From Tubiluchus corallicola (taxonomy: Eukaryota > Animalia > Priapulida), in assembly GCA_030141605.1 (NCBI GenBank), contig JAQGDQ010000346.1, positions 163,742 through 227,741 of the forward strand: 64,000 bases of DNA, read 5' to 3'. The notes under the pieces were generated by a model. It did no database searches and was not told the DNA's origin. It saw only the letters and a program-made list of their open reading frames with translations. This document shows positions 1 through 15,200 of this stretch, piece by piece. The position numbers and the translations under genes were made by a program. The stretch's first letter is position 1, and every line of letters begins with the position of its first letter.

Positions 1-281
1 AGTTCAAGTTATTACGTTCAGCTGCCACATTCTGGTTCACTTCAGTGAAGATGTCGCGAATAGGGGACCCAAAGACGTTACTCCCTCGCTGAGAGTTTCC
101 ACTTCGCCGGAAGTTCAATAGAGGATTGTCATTTGGTGAGGTCCGTGGTGCTCTTCTGACTGATGTCACTTCTGTCCTAATTGCAGAAGCCCTAGGCCTG
201 GGCCCGAATCCTACACGCGGACGTTCAGCAAAGACACGATAGTCCATGTCTGGGTGGTCATTGCATAACCTCATTTCATTC
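1..281 (-). CDS. Peroxidase exon 14 (end of catalytic domain plus Arg/Pro/Ser-rich extension; truncated by window edge)
   Basis: TAG acceptor just above 281; NEMRLCNDHPDMDYRVFAERPRVGFGPRPRASAIRT...; no stop before base 1. Confidence 0.88.
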
Positions 282-3200
282 CTATGTGTAAAAAACAAAT
301 TTAATTGCAGTTACATATGTGTATATGTTTGTGCATGTGAGTAGATGTGATATGAGTGCTCCTGGAAATACTCGAAATCTAAGAGTGCTTGTGGTAAACC
401 AGTGTACATGGTCAAACATGAAAAGTTTACTCTACAGCTAAAAAAGCTGGTGATACACCAAAGTGCATGACCAAACCTGAAGAAGTTTAATCATTAATGA
501 CAACAAAGATTTCCAGATGGCACAAACTCAGAATTAATTAAATTTTGATACCAAGCTCCAAAGACAAAAAATGTAAAAAAGTTGGCATACGCCATGGATA
601 TGAACCAAATAGACACCTTAGACCATTGGTTCACGACATTCTTCAATGAAGTAAACTATACTGAAAAACTAGACAGCAAAAAATCACCATTTAATACCTT
701 AGGTCCCACGTTCAAATCCAGGCAGCATTTCAAGTTTTTCACATTTCCTGTCGTTTAAGTTTAGCATAAAAATTTAATTAATTGATGGTTTACATCATCA
801 TTAAATAATAATAATCTCGACAATAATGTTATAATAATTAATAGAATTATTGATACGAGAATTTTTGTGCTCTGGTGCTGACCCCGTTTCGATTATGAAT
901 ACTTCTGCCTTTCAGTCTTTTTACCTTACAAGGACCATTAACACTTTCGCAATTATTCTACGCACTGTAACAATTACAAATATTTAATATAATTCTAATT
1001 TACCCTCTGTTGTTTTCGAGGAACATACACCTGGGTTGCAGCCTCTGCATGAAATCTGTGTTTGAACATGTCACCTTTGCCAGGGTCATCTTTCTTATCT
1101 GCCTCAATTGGTCTGAAAAAAAGAAATGGTCAATAATGACAAGTCTTTTTTTATATACAGCATAGACACGCATTTATATGAAAGGCTTCTATTTACAGTA
1201 GCGTAAAAATTATGCAATAATAATGATGCTACTGACGATTGAATAGCTTTAACACACTAAAATTGAGATAAAACACATTTTAGCAAATAATCATAATAAA
1301 AATGTGAATGTGACAAACTCTAATGTGAATGTAATAAACTTTAGAAGAATCCGAAAACACCAACCAATCAAGCGGTCTAGCTGACTATAGCTAATTCTGG
1401 CGTCTCGAGACTTTATACGTGATTAGATTTTTACTCAGGTGACAACGCTGAATTTTCCGCACAAAACCTTGATATCACGCACATATTCTTGATCGAAATT
1501 ATTAAGTCCTCTTTGCCATGATTTGCTAAACAATTTTTGTAGCCAGATAATTATAATAGCGATGCATTTACTGGAATAAGTAAGAAATCATTATAAAACA
1601 AACTTTTCGTGTTTCCTATACGTTTCTAGTACGGTAGCTATTGTGAGTCAGCAAGAGTTTGTGAGCCTTGGCCAGGAAGACCTGGCTTAGCGATTGTCGG
1701 TCTGTGTATGCAGTTACTGTGGGGTTAAAACGAAACAAAATAGAAGAAAAATCGCCAATGTACCTGATGTTGGCTAGATTTAACTTTAAAACGTGTTAAG
1801 ATGAGCATCCAGATTCTGAAAACCCGTTATCACATCATTATTTTTTCCGGATTTTGGATCAGACTCAGAAAACCCTTTATTACAGCATTATTTTTTTCAG
1901 ATTTTGGACCAGACGCAAACTATATTAACACGCCACGTAAAATTTTTTATCTCGAAGTTAAGCAAGGCGGTATTTCCTTCTGCATCAGCTATATCAAACG
2001 TCAAAAGTTAAACTCAAGTAATACCTGGTGTGAAACTGTGGGGTTGATCGCCTATATCGTAGAAATATCTGTCACCATGCTTGTATGCTTTAAACTGCTG
2101 TCCGACTAAACATTGTACAGTGGGTCCTACAAGAGCATCAGGTAGAGGTCGCTCTGCCAACATTGCCGGGAACAAATCCATATCGTCCACGTGCCTAACG
2201 AAACATTATACTTAAATCAAATTGTAGTGTTCAAGTGCTTATATTCCATTTATTTTTTTGGTTCCTGCCATCGAGTTTGTATTTGTATATAATTGTTATA
2301 GTAATACTACGTAATACAGTAATAGTACAATGCTACTAAGGTCTTGATCATAAAAATGATGTGTGGAAATATTTTTAAGCTTCTGTTTTCCACTGTAAGT
2401 TTATTAAATATCATTTATAATGTTATTTGAGCAGGATTCTTGCTGCAGTCTAGCAAATATAATAAAGGTTACGAAATATAAAAAATATATAGTTTATATA
2501 TATATATATATATTTATACATTACTTGAACTGAAAATATAAAAATAAGTAATTTTAATCTTTGGGGTATAACAGTAGCCAAATAATGCCTAATTTGAGTG
2601 CAATGGGGCTGTCATTACCCAGTGTTAAAAAACCAGGAATTATATATTTTATTATATACCAAGAGAATCCATATTATTCATCCATGAAGAAGGTTAAATG
2701 CATCCAAACGTACAGACAATACTACTGCTGCTGTGTTACTACTATGAAAATCATGTTAAGTGATCTATTTTCCATCACGTGACACTATTTTGACGAACTG
2801 TAGAATTTGTTAAAAAAGTAAAAGTGTTGTTACATTTCCAGCATATACCTGTAAAGACGAGAGAACCTATCAACCATACGCACATCCATTTCAGACTGCA
2901 AGTCAAAGAAATCTCTAGCTCGCCTCAAACCGCAGTATTCCCTCCAGTAATTGTAACCTATTAAAATAGTTAATAAATCATACATCATCTTGGCATTAAA
3001 AAAGTTATGACAACTATAGTTTTACGCTAAAAGGGTCTTGGCCTTTGCCATTTAAAAGCCATGTTATGGTAATAACAAGAAAAATCACTGTGTACCTAAT
3101 TGTTTACATAACAGTGTGTACGACACACCTGCCCTTGACAAATGCAAATGTAGCCGTATTAAAATTCAAGAGGTGAAACGTTACTATACTATAAGTAGAA

Positions 3201-6200
3201 ACTGACCTTACTTATTTTTTCCTTGTACATTTCTAAATAAAAAAACTATCTTTGGTCGACGAATTTGAGGTCAAAAGCTGCAGATTGCTGAGAATTAAAG
3301 GAAAAGCCAAGTCTTTCAGAAAGTTAAATTTATTTTGAGAAAAATGTCAGACTGTTTCAGCAATAAGATTGCGAGAAGCGCCTCGTGTAATTGGTAAAAT
3401 CGAGTAAAGTCCCGATCACTTCACGTTTGAACATGCTCATTTTAAACAAAAAAATGGCGTCATCGGTTTACCGTGCAACCCAAACACATCCCGCTGAGTG
3501 TGAGTAATTTGTTGCAGCTGCAGTTGCTGTTACCAAATACAAGCAATCCAAAACGTTAAACGAGAGATTATTAATACATTTTTTTTTTGGTTTTTGATGA
3601 ACCCAGTTCCCCACTATGTAATGAAAACTACACGTAGTTACCAACGATAGTGTTCTATCTTCCAAGTCGGCTAAATTAACGCCGACAAAGTAACACACAG
3701 TTATTTTAACAAGTTAAAACTGAATCCTATAAGCTAAGTAAAGTGGCACTTGCAGTGCGCTCGCAACCTCGCAGAGTTCTGTGCTTATCTGTAACACTTT
3801 CAGGTATAACAATCCTGTGAGTTAAAACTACGTAAGCACTTTTAAGTTGTTGCTAATTAATCTGATGACTAATTTTTACATAACAGTGTTATGTAATTAC
3901 GCCATTTTCTTTAATATATGCCGGCAGCGAGGTTCTTTTGACGGATAATGAAAATGAATTAAATATCTTTTACATTTTAAACAAGGCATTTTATTTATAT
4001 TATGTAAGTGCTACTTTCTTCCAATTATGATAATTTACATTTTAAGTCGATAGATGGCAACCCAGTTTACGAAAAAATATGGCATGTTTTGAAATTACCT
4101 GGAATACCGTGTTCTCTGCCTCTTTGAATGTTCAAGGCAGGAAGATCAAAGCCAAATGGCTTACCAGCTTCTTTGAACAGTTTGTCTCTCACTTCTGTTG
4201 TGATAAATCTAAAACAGGGATGAATGTGGTTAATTTGATGCAATAGCATTTTAGAAACTAATATTCACCGCCTGCTCATTCCACCTGGCAGCTATTGGTG
4301 ATCGTTTGTGCTATCTTGTAAGAAAACTGGAGACATTGCCCAAGTCTCCAGAACAATTATTTTTACTATTACTAACACTACTGTACAATGCAACATGAAA
4401 TCTTAAAACAGGAAAATTAGAAGTTTAGAACCATGAAGTATGTCAAACTGGTTATTACCTACTTTATAATATATTGTAAATACATAAATTTTCAAATTAA
4501 TCTGCTTAAAAACATTAGTTAAGTCATTGATAACCAGCAGAATCGACTGTTGCAACAGCTTATTGATAAAATGTTCATAAATATAAACTCCAAATACTTC
4601 AGTAATTACAAAACTCATCGGCTAGGCTTATTACTTTTACTTCCAAGTTTCAGCATATTGCATTCATTTTTCGTCATTTGCATTGGCTACCGATTGAATA
4701 TAATATTTAACATGCTACTACATGCTACTTCAAGGCGCTTCATGTCACTACATTTGTGATATGATTCATCTAAACAATTTCAAACCGATGTATAGTCTTG
4801 AATCAGATGATAACATTTTACTTATGATTCCTAGACTAAGAGAGAGTTATTAGCTGTGGGCGTTAGCGGCACCTAGTGGACATTTTCGAAGTGTTTATAA
4901 TTTAACCCTTTTAAATTTGTTGCATTATAGCCAATCAGATGTCAGAAGCTAACTTTAGCTATAGTCAACTGATTTACCTGACCTAAGTCACATAATTCTA
5001 AGTTTTGCTAATTTAGATAGTCTTGTAAATTATTGCGACAATATATGTACTATTTTTACTATAAATGATAAACGAATTAGGCTATCATCGTTATTTGTTA
5101 AACAGTCATATTTTTTGGTAACAGCTCTTTTGTTAAAAAGCCGTTTGTCTGCATAGATTTAGACGCTATGCAAAATAAATATTATTATTAAGTATCATTC
5201 ATTTTTAGTACTATAAACAGTTTCGTTTGTTTGCAGCAAAATTTTGAAAAGCATTCCAGTGTCCAGCGCCATCTAGCTTCACTTCTTAGCAACGCAAATA
5301 ATGTACATTTCCGCTCAACAAACTATTTATAGCCCATCAAACAATGCTAATATACAGATACCACTTTGCATATGAGCAAATATAGCAATAGTAGCAGCGA
5401 ACACTGAAAATATATATTATGCAAACAACTTCCAGCATCACAACTTAGCAAAGCAGCGTTATTACAGATGTTACACAAAGAGTTCCTATTGTGAGGGAAG
5501 TTACAGTCATTTACCACATGTAAAATAAGTTTTAGCTGAAAAGTTTCTGCGTGATGAGTTCGGTTTTTTAATATGATAAAGAATGGTGTGATAAAGACTT
5601 TGGACAACCCATGCTGTTTCTTGGGCAAACTGTAACTCTAAACATAATGTAAAAGCGGCTTCCACAAACTGAAAGTGTCTGATGAAAATCCAAAACAACA
5701 AAACAACCAACCTGTCATATCCTTCTGGTGGAAACTCTGTCATGCCCTTCATGAGTGGATCAACTCCTCTGGGGTGTTTGTTACTGTACAACGAAAAAGG
5801 TCTGAAGAAAATGTCTGACAGGTCTAGGTCGTCCCGTGGGTTCAGGAAATTGAGTCCAGGTCGTGGAAACTTCCTTGGCAAGATGGTATGTCCAAACCGG
5901 AAAGCCGCTGTAGCGAAGACATTGTTAGAAGCAGCGTTGACGTTTTCATCATAATCATACGAGTAACCGTCTTCCAGTGTGGACATTCTGTGACGGTCCA
6001 TGTAAGGCTTTCCCAGCACCACAGGCAGAAACTCGTTGTACGTAACGTGTTGAATCATGGCGCTCACAATGCGTCGGGTTTCCTCGAAAAGTCGGTCGTC
6101 CCCCCAGTGAGGGTTGATGTCTGCCAATTTACCTGCGAGCCTGTTGTGTTCTCGCATCCAGAGCGTGTGCATTGAAGCCAGACCCATGTGCTCATTCACT

Positions 6201-9200
6201 CTTTCGTCTCCTGAAATACTAACAATTTATCAGAAACCAGCTATTCGTATGGAGAAAAGATAAAGAAGACCAAACACCACGCTTAATTGTGGATGTGATA
6301 ACTGCAGTTTTGCATTAATTTGTACTTTGCAGTAAATTAACAGAGGAATGGATAATTGTGATTACGTTATGCAGCATTTTTTGTGCTCTTTCTAATTTTT
6401 ATATTCAATACTGTTAAGCTGTGGTAATTTACTAATACTTTTAGTTGCATGCAAACCAGCTAAGGTGCTAAAGCGTTTAAATGCTGTTTCTTTTATTTTT
6501 TGCGCAATGACTGGTAACAATTAATTTCTGTCATTAAATATATAATTTGCAATTTACAAATTAAAGTACATGTACTCATAAAACTTTAATGAATTACAGT
6601 ATAGCAGTGTAACCAAAATATTTACTTTTGTACTTGTCGCTGGTCAGTAATATAAGGCAAATGTGAACAGCTCAATTTTAATCCTGCTTTTTAGTTTCAA
6701 TACCGTCTGATAAGTCTGCAAATGGCAGTCAGCAAATATTGGCAAAATTCGGAATTTCATAACCAGACATCTATCTATATACCTGCAGCAAAACATTTGA
6801 TGTCTCTGTGCACTTCTGGAATGCAATCACGTACGTTAGGGTCCTTGGGGAGTAGGTGATGATACTGCCTTCCTTCGGGATGAGTAAGAGACAACATACG
6901 TCCTTTATAAAAAAAAATGATTTCATCGTCAAAATAAGTAGCTCGTTATCGAAAAAATTATCAAAGAATAAAACTTTGTGAAATTGGTTTCACAAAGGAG
7001 ACAGCCAAAGATTGCAACACTTACCTCCTCGGAATTCTCTAAGTTTATCGGACTTTTCTTTATCCGATCCGTAAATCATTGATGCGTCAATGTACGACGT
7101 GATTTCGTTCATTTGTTCTCTGACACCTGAAAAATAAAATAGATATTTAAGGTGTTAAATGTTAAATTGATAATTGATAATCAATAATCATTTACACAGT
7201 GTCATGTGAAGGACAGGTTAAACATTAATTCAAGCTAGAATTAATCGGTCTGGACGCACGCTATAAATCTCTGCCTCGTATGATTTAATTCAAAGCTGAC
7301 ATTAGACTTTTAGAAAACACAAATACTTTTGGTAACATCTTTCGTTTTTAAATTTTTTTACTGTCTAAATATTGTCAAAAAGGAGAAAAGGAAATCTATG
7401 CAGGTATTTCAATAATACTATGCGAAGATGGTAGCTATTAGCTCCTGTGGTTTACATGAAAAAAGTTGTGAAAAATTTGTTTCAGAGGAACTTGACCTGT
7501 GACCACATCTTCCAAAATAAGTACTCTACCAACTGAGTAGTCAAGAGTTGTTGAAAAGCACCCTAGAGTCTGATCTTGTTATGGCAAACGTCGTCTTGAA
7601 GTTATAAACGCTTACAGTCGTGTCCAGTTATAAACGCTTACAATCTTGTCCAGTTATAAACGCTTACAGTCGTGTCCAGTTATAAACGCTTACAATCTTG
7701 TCCAGTTATAAACGCTTACAGTCGTGTCCAGTTATAAGCGCTTATAGTCGTGTCCAGTTATAAACGCTTACAATCGTGTCCAGTTATAAACGCTTACAAT
7801 CGTGCCCAGTTATAAATGCTTATAGTCGTGTCCAGTTATAAACGCTTACAATCGTGTCCAGTTATAAACGCTTACAATCGTGCCCAGTTATAAATGCTTA
7901 CAGTCGTGTCCAGTTATAAACGCTTACAATCGTGTCCAGTTATAAACGCTTACAATCGTGTCCAGTTATAAATGCTTATAGTCGTGTCCAGTTATAAACG
8001 CTTACAATCTTGTCCAGTTATAAACGCTTACAGTCGTGTCCAGTTATAAACGCTTATAGTCGTGTCCAGTTATAAACGCTTACAATCGTGTCCAGTTATA
8101 AACGCTTACAATCGTGCCCAGTTATAAATGCTTCTAGTCGTGTCCAGTTATAAACGCTTACAATCGTGTCCAGTTATAAACGCTTACAATCGTGTCCAGT
8201 TATAAACGCTTACAATCGTGCCCAGTTATAAACGCTTACAGTCGTGTCCAGTTATAAATGCTTACAATCGTGTCCAGTTATAAACGCTTACAATCGTGTC
8301 CAGTTATAAACGCTTACAATCGTGCCCAGTTATAAACGCTTACAATCGTGTCCAGTTATAAACGCTTAAAATCGTGTCCAGTTATGAATGCTTAAAATCG
8401 TGTCCAGTTATAAACGCTTACAATCGTGTCCAGTTATAAACGCTTACAATCGTGTCCAGTTATAAACGCTTACAATCGTGTCCAGTTATAAACGCTTACA
8501 ATCGTGTCCAGTTATAAACGCTTACAGTCCACTTAAGAACACTTACAATCGTGTTCAGGCGAGGCGCTTACATGCTCTTGCCAATAAATTTTCATCTATG
8601 AAATAATTACTGTCGCCGAGTTGATATGATAATGCCATGTCTTTCCAGCCATGTATAGAAGATGTCATCAACAAAACTATTGTCAAGATCAAAAAAGGCG
8701 GTTGTTATATTGAAGCTGGCGTTTTTTTTTGCAAGTTTAATGTTCTAGCCAATTAAGCTAGGAAGAGTAAACGAATATGGAAGCAAACCCGCTCCTAGTT
8801 TCCTAGTTTCTTTATTACAAAAGTATACTAGTGGCTTAACTAGCTAGGCTACACTTCATTGTATTAATTACTTTCTACCATGTTTAAATCGGTGGCCAAT
8901 TTGCGTCACCGTAGAACAAATTACCAAAAAATGACTGTTTTGCGTCATTACATATTTCTGGCAAAACTGCTGAAGCATTTTTAGAAGGACAAGTACAGTT
9001 ATACAGGCATCGGTCACTTATCATTCTGTCAATTAAGAAAGCAACCTTCGGGCAAAAACGGTGCACAAGCAGCAGAACTTACACTTTTTCAAACTGTGTC
9101 GTTTCATAAAACATCTTAACACGACGAAGACAGATTAGATTAGCGATAGCGAGTATTATTTTGCTTTTGTTGCCAATATTGTTATTTCTGACAGGGTCAT

Positions 9201-12200
9201 CGTGATCACTCTCGAAAGGGTCATTAAAAACTGGAATTCCAAAACACGTCAACCCGGCGAGAAAAAAACTAGGCCAGTGGGTTAAAGCAAACAACATTTA
9301 AAGGAAGAAACAAACATTATCAAAACGGTAGAGTACAGTCAGGACTTTGTTTAAGCAGTAATTACTGCGCCAACGCTTGCATAGCTTGCTGTCTAAAGTC
9401 ATTATCTGTTTAGACAATCTTTGTTAATTTCTACAATTAGAGTCGGGGAAATTGGGCTAACCACCATAACACCTTTTCCATTGCAACTGTATCGAATTAT
9501 ATGCTCAAGTAATACAGTCTTTGTGATTAATTCACTAATAAGACGGCTGTTGAAATGACATGTGGCATTTTAAAACCAGCAATAATCTTTTTTTGACCCG
9601 ACATTTTGGCCTTGTCGGCTCGTCGCGTTGAAAGCTTGTAAAGCGATTAAATGCATAAAAACCAAGGTACACATAACATTACTGTCACGGCGTTTCAGAA
9701 TTATAATGAATGATACTAAAGCAAAAGAAAGCAAAACCTCTTAACTCTATCAAATTCAAATGGGGTTATTTCATTTTACCTAACAGATTAAATAGGTTAG
9801 CAATAATAGAACAATTTAAGTGTGCTAAGACGCTTAATCGTTGTCATTATCCTTTTTGCCACTAGTAATAATAGCTGATGTATTCGACAGCAACAATAGT
9901 TTTAGTGTGTTTTTGCTACTAGTAAAAATAAATGGTATATTGACTTCGTCTTTATTTGGCGCCATAAAAATCAACAATATAATAGTGTTTCAAAGATTTC
10001 CTTCGTATCAAGGACTACATCCTATAGGTTAAGGTGCAAGAAAATAGAATTTTAAAGTATGTCTCATAGGAAGTTATATTACTTTGCATTTTACTTGCCT
10101 GTTTAAATGACATATGTAATTGAAAAAGAAAATTCATAAGCCAGCTGGTAAAATGTAACTGTTTCCCGATGTACAGTACACCAAAAACGTCATTGGTTCA
10201 CAAAAAAGCACATTAGTAGTCTTACTGACAAGATAAGGTAATTTTCCTTTTGCTTGATTACTGAAGCGTGCGCTAAGAGTGCGATGCGATTATTCTTGTG
10301 GTTATGAACGTGATTATTTTTTCGAACTTTACGCAATGTTATTTAAACTTGTTTCAAATGACTTACCATTAAAATGGCTGTGCCTATAATGGTCATGGCT
10401 TAGATACATGTTCACGTACCCTTGCGTGAAATTATTAAATCTATAACTTTATTTGGCAATATAACGATTTCAAGTATAACATAGGTAACGGTAGTATCTA
10501 TTCGTCATTTTCGATGTATCTCTATAGCAGAAAGCATTCAAAAATCAATGTCATACACGCTCAAGCCTCTTTCGAACTAGTTCATGAACGAATAAAGCAT
10601 GTAAATACTAACTTAACCTAATGCTAATTTACCCGTCGGCTTTCACTCAAATGCTTAATATGCAGGGCAGTAACTGCAGTTACCCATATATTAATGACAT
10701 TTGACCGGGCGTCTAATTAAATTTATTTATAAGAGCTACAACAAAACTATGGTGTCGCCTGTGCGTCATAATTATAAATTCTATTCGCCTGTGCTACTTG
10801 ATAGCGTATGATTATATTACGGCGGCCCTTAATATTCAAACTTTCATCACGGGGACCCCGTTTAGGCGTCTTGATCACGTGGTAACCGCAGCTTATCTGA
10901 GCATGCGCCTGAAAGTGAAACACGCATGCAAAGGTTAAAAGTTAAAGTCGGGGCATTCTGTCTGTCCTACCTCATTTGTAATTATTTGAATGTTATGTAG
11001 CATATGTAACAGTTCATTGCCTTGTACCGAAATGTAGAAAAAGACTCGAGAAAACATGAAAATGCAGGTATATATATTGAAGCATATTTTCATAAAAAAG
11101 TATTCTGTCTTTCAAGCAAGTCCAACAATGTTTAAACTTGGAGCCTTATGATGTAGCCCTCTGCTTTTCTAAAAACCAAACAAGATATTTTGTTATAGAA
11201 CAACAAATATTAGGCCTATCTGATACGAAAAAAACTCTGACTACCATACTGGTGAAACCTTACTGTGGACAGCTTTAATTGCTTCAAACACTTCAGTGGC
11301 TTGCCATTAACCGACTTTCTGGTTTCCAAAGGAACGCGACTATTTCAGGTCACTAGATTTACAGATTGATTAAAAGGCGTGGCTCTTGTATTTCTAAATT
11401 TGGCACTGTACAGTAAACGCCACCCTTATATTTTAAAGTGGTTGGCTTAATGATTACATTTAGGCCTATAACTCACAAAATCCAGATGGAATGGTTTCAG
11501 TGATTGCGCACGTTTCAAATGTAACTTAATGCTTGTTTTAATGTTTGTCTAATTCAGGGAATTCATAATGAAGCAAGTACGTAGTGGAAATTTGTTAAAT
11601 GCTTCAGGAGCTTATCAAATTTACAGACAGACGGTATAATTTCAATGTTTGCTTACAAAAAATTATGGTGATGCAGCTTTAACGTTTTGTAATTCAAACA
11701 AAGGCTAGACTTGGACAATTTAATTTAGTAGAAGCGACTTCGAGTAAGCGTCACTAACGTCAGAGAAACTTGAATGACAGTTCAGTAGTTCTCTCTGGAC
11801 CAATAAGTGCAAGTCGAGTCCACTAGCGACTACGTCATTTTCCATGCGAGCAGCGCCACAGGCCACGTAGTTTTGAGTGCAAAGTAAACTCCAGAACAAA
11901 GTGTACCAGTAAAACTCTTGGACCTTGGTTTAAATACAGAATATTTCCAATCCTGTGTTACACTTATTTTTGGCAGGTGATTAGCAGAATATACAAAAAT
12001 ACCCACAGCCCTAAGGTGATGTTAGTCCAACCTCTTAAAGTCATAATAAATGTGATTGCAACTGGTGAAGCGACATTCTAAAAAGCCTGTAGTAAATCGT
12101 TACCTCGTTGACCGAATTCTAAAACTGCCGTTTTAAAACACATTTATTTTTAGCGAGTCAGAAAAAGTAGTTTCACTCGTTAATTAATTTTAAATATTCT

Positions 12201-15200
12201 ACGACAATGGCTTTAGTACTTGTGGGATTCAAGAGTTGAGGCTTTGGCTCTTGCTTAACTGCAGAATTCAGAACGTGTTGTTTTTAATACGTTCATAAAT
12301 TGGCTACACGGCCTACAAACCTGCTACAGAATTAGAAACTCGAGATACGTAACTCGCAAAAGCCATTCGGGACAATGCTGGTTGTCTGTATTACTCAAGT
12401 GTGTGCTTGCCAGATTGCTGAGTGCAGAATGTGTGGCTGCAGGTTTTCCCCAATTTAAGTTTGCATAGCATAGCCGTAACAATTTACTGACTTTCAGAGA
12501 AGAGAACTAAGGCTTACCTAATTTACAGAATGCAGAAGGCGTAGCTTCAGATCTGGAAAAACTCATGCACTTTTCTCCATATCTTGAATAGAAAGAATCA
12601 TTTCGGGGTATCATGATTGGTAGGCAAGCAGGGTGGAGATAATGAAATGTTCCGTCCCTGCTGGAAGGCCTTGGACAACATTCCAATGTGGTCATATTGT
12701 GACCTGAAAAGATATCATGAATAACGTAAGAACTCTATACACTCCATGCACGCCAACCACTAACTAAATAATCATTAAAACACGAATAATTCTAATCTGT
12801 TAATCAGGTAGCCAGCTAACCAGACAGCCAGCTAGTCAGCAAGTTGGGATTAATAAAATGCATGTTCGCAACTTACCAACCGTCATTGGCGTGAGTGTGA
12901 CATCGTGGTCTATAAATTGTCCCCATTGCATTAACATTATGCTCAACTGCCTGGCAAAATGGCTGTCTGTCTCGTGAATTGCTGTTGTAACTATGCGAGG
13001 ATTCGGAAGCTCAGTACCATCACGTGCTGCTCTCGGCTTATCTACACCTAGAAACAAAAAGTTTCTATGTGAGGCAAAAGTGGCAACATTGGAAACGTAT
13101 ACTGCATACGTCAACAAATAAAACGAAATTATCTTTCGTGAGACGAAGGTCGCAGCCCTAAAAATATGTGCTGTCTACATTACAAAATAAAATGACTTAT
13201 ATTTTATGTGAGACAAATATGGCAACACTAAGAACATACTATTTCATAAAGAAGGAAAAACATTTCACACAGCCAGTGTTGTTTCTTGTATTTGCTTGAC
13301 TCAAACCAAACAACACAAAATGAGAGTCAATTTTTTTATACAAAACAAAATTTAGCCTTATACATGGAAAACTTAAAGGTCGGAAATGCGCTTAAACATA
13401 TTATTGGTTATATGCTTATTTGGTTATAAGTATAGACAGATCACATTCATGTTTCTCTCTCTTACCATCAGCATAGTCTGGTGGCAAAGCTCTAGCGAAA
13501 GGTGTTTTAGACATTCCCCATGTGGGATTTCGCAGATTATTGCAAGACCCGTCTATTGTTCTAAACTTTGATGGCCGACATTGACCTCTAAATGACCTTC
13601 GACCACAAACGTCGGACAAGTATGTCCGCGAAACATCCACATTGGGCATCTCATACCAAATGTCACGCTTCGTCAACCGGTACCTAAGGAAAGACAATTA
13701 GGTAATAATTAAAAGGCTATTATTGTGTGATTAGGCACTAATTACTGAATATTAGCCTCTTAGGTAGTCATCACTGCTTATGTACTGATTTGTAACAATT
13801 AGGTCAACTAAGAAGTATTACCCAAACCGGAACTGAACTCGAATTAGCATGAACCCCTAAGACAATGGATAACACGCCTTACATTAACAAATTTCTGGAT
13901 TCAATTCCTGAACTGCCTTTAGTTTTTGGCTGCTAATCTATTGATTATTGGTAATTATTCCATCTACAGTTAGACATTCACGACATTGAAATTTGAATAA
14001 CGATGTTGTGAAAAAGAAGCACGCCCATAATTATTCCACGACTGTGCGTAGAAGTTGTTAGAAAGAAAACTTTAATTAATTTCGCTATAATTATCTGATA
14101 GATTTCAAATGATGATAGCAAAATCGTGTTGTCATTGTATTTTTATTATACAATTCGCTGGACTTAAATTCCACGCATGCGCAGACACACACTACAAACC
14201 AGAACCTGTCATTCATGGAGATAATGACAGAGTTTTACTTTTGTGTAGATCACCCTAGTATGACTCATTATCTAGAGTAATTGAGTAACTCCCTAAGACG
14301 AGGTACCGAACCGACAGAGACGTCTTACCCACATTAATACGTCAAAGTAGTAGTAAAAAAAGCAAGAAATGGAGGTGTTTCCTTATATATATGCTTTATT
14401 AGTCTTTTAATAGTTTGTAAATACTTTGGGTGTTCTTTCGAAGTTTAATTCTTCGCTATTTTAACTAATTTAATTAAGATGCATATATTTTAATATTATT
14501 ATTACCCTCACACGCTATACATAATACAATGCAGTTAAAAATCATAGTTTCACTCTAAGATTACCTGGTTATTCACAAAGGTATACATAACATTTCAAAA
14601 TACAGTTATTTTGGGGATAAAGAAAGGAAAGCGTTCTTGCGCGGCAAAGTACATTAGGGTGATATATAAACAGAGTAATTGTTAACCTTGGCCGGTGTGA
14701 CAGCCTCTGGCGTGCCGTAAATTTTTTTACATATATTAATAAAAATTATTGTTAAAAATAAAAGGTTGATTCAAGCAATAATGAAATGGTAAGGTCGATA
14801 ACAAGCTGCCCTTTAGCAATGCGAAACGATCAATTAAACTGTAACGTCATTGTCTCTCCTTACTGCTAAAATAAAATGGAAATGCAAAACAAAAGTCGAA
14901 CTATTGTGATATATCTATAGGGTCAAGTACATTTCTGTATAGTTAAGGACAGCAAGCGGAACATCCTTGCCACAAAGCTAGGTATTGAACGATTTTAGAA
15001 AAAGCTAGTTCCTTTTCCGCGACCTTAAATTATACGCATACCTCCTGGCAAGAGCCTTGGTTGCCTCTATTGCAATGATGGCTCCTTTTGACAGACGTTT
15101 TGCCTCCAAAGACGTCTTAGCGAAGGCGCCAACAAACGAAGCTCCAGTACCAGGTCTCGAAAAGAAACCTGAAAGTAACGGAGTAAAATTATGTATTGGG

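Noticed and set aside
2025-2194. Naming the peroxidase peroxinectin, peroxidasin or TPO
   Set aside because: It has HGD rather than KGD/RGD, no LRR/Ig exons before the catalytic domain and no CCP/EGF/TM in view; orthology needs a phylogeny, so no gene symbol is given.
5682-6175. Plus-strand ORFs 5682-5954 and 5888-6175 (likewise 34014-34271, 37259-37492, 38585-38960, 41370-41642)
   Set aside because: They are antisense shadows of well-supported minus-strand exons.
7601-8560. Regular 26-bp repeat array as a CRISPR array
   Set aside because: Units are contiguous with no unique spacers, there are no cas genes, and it lies in a spliceosomal intron.
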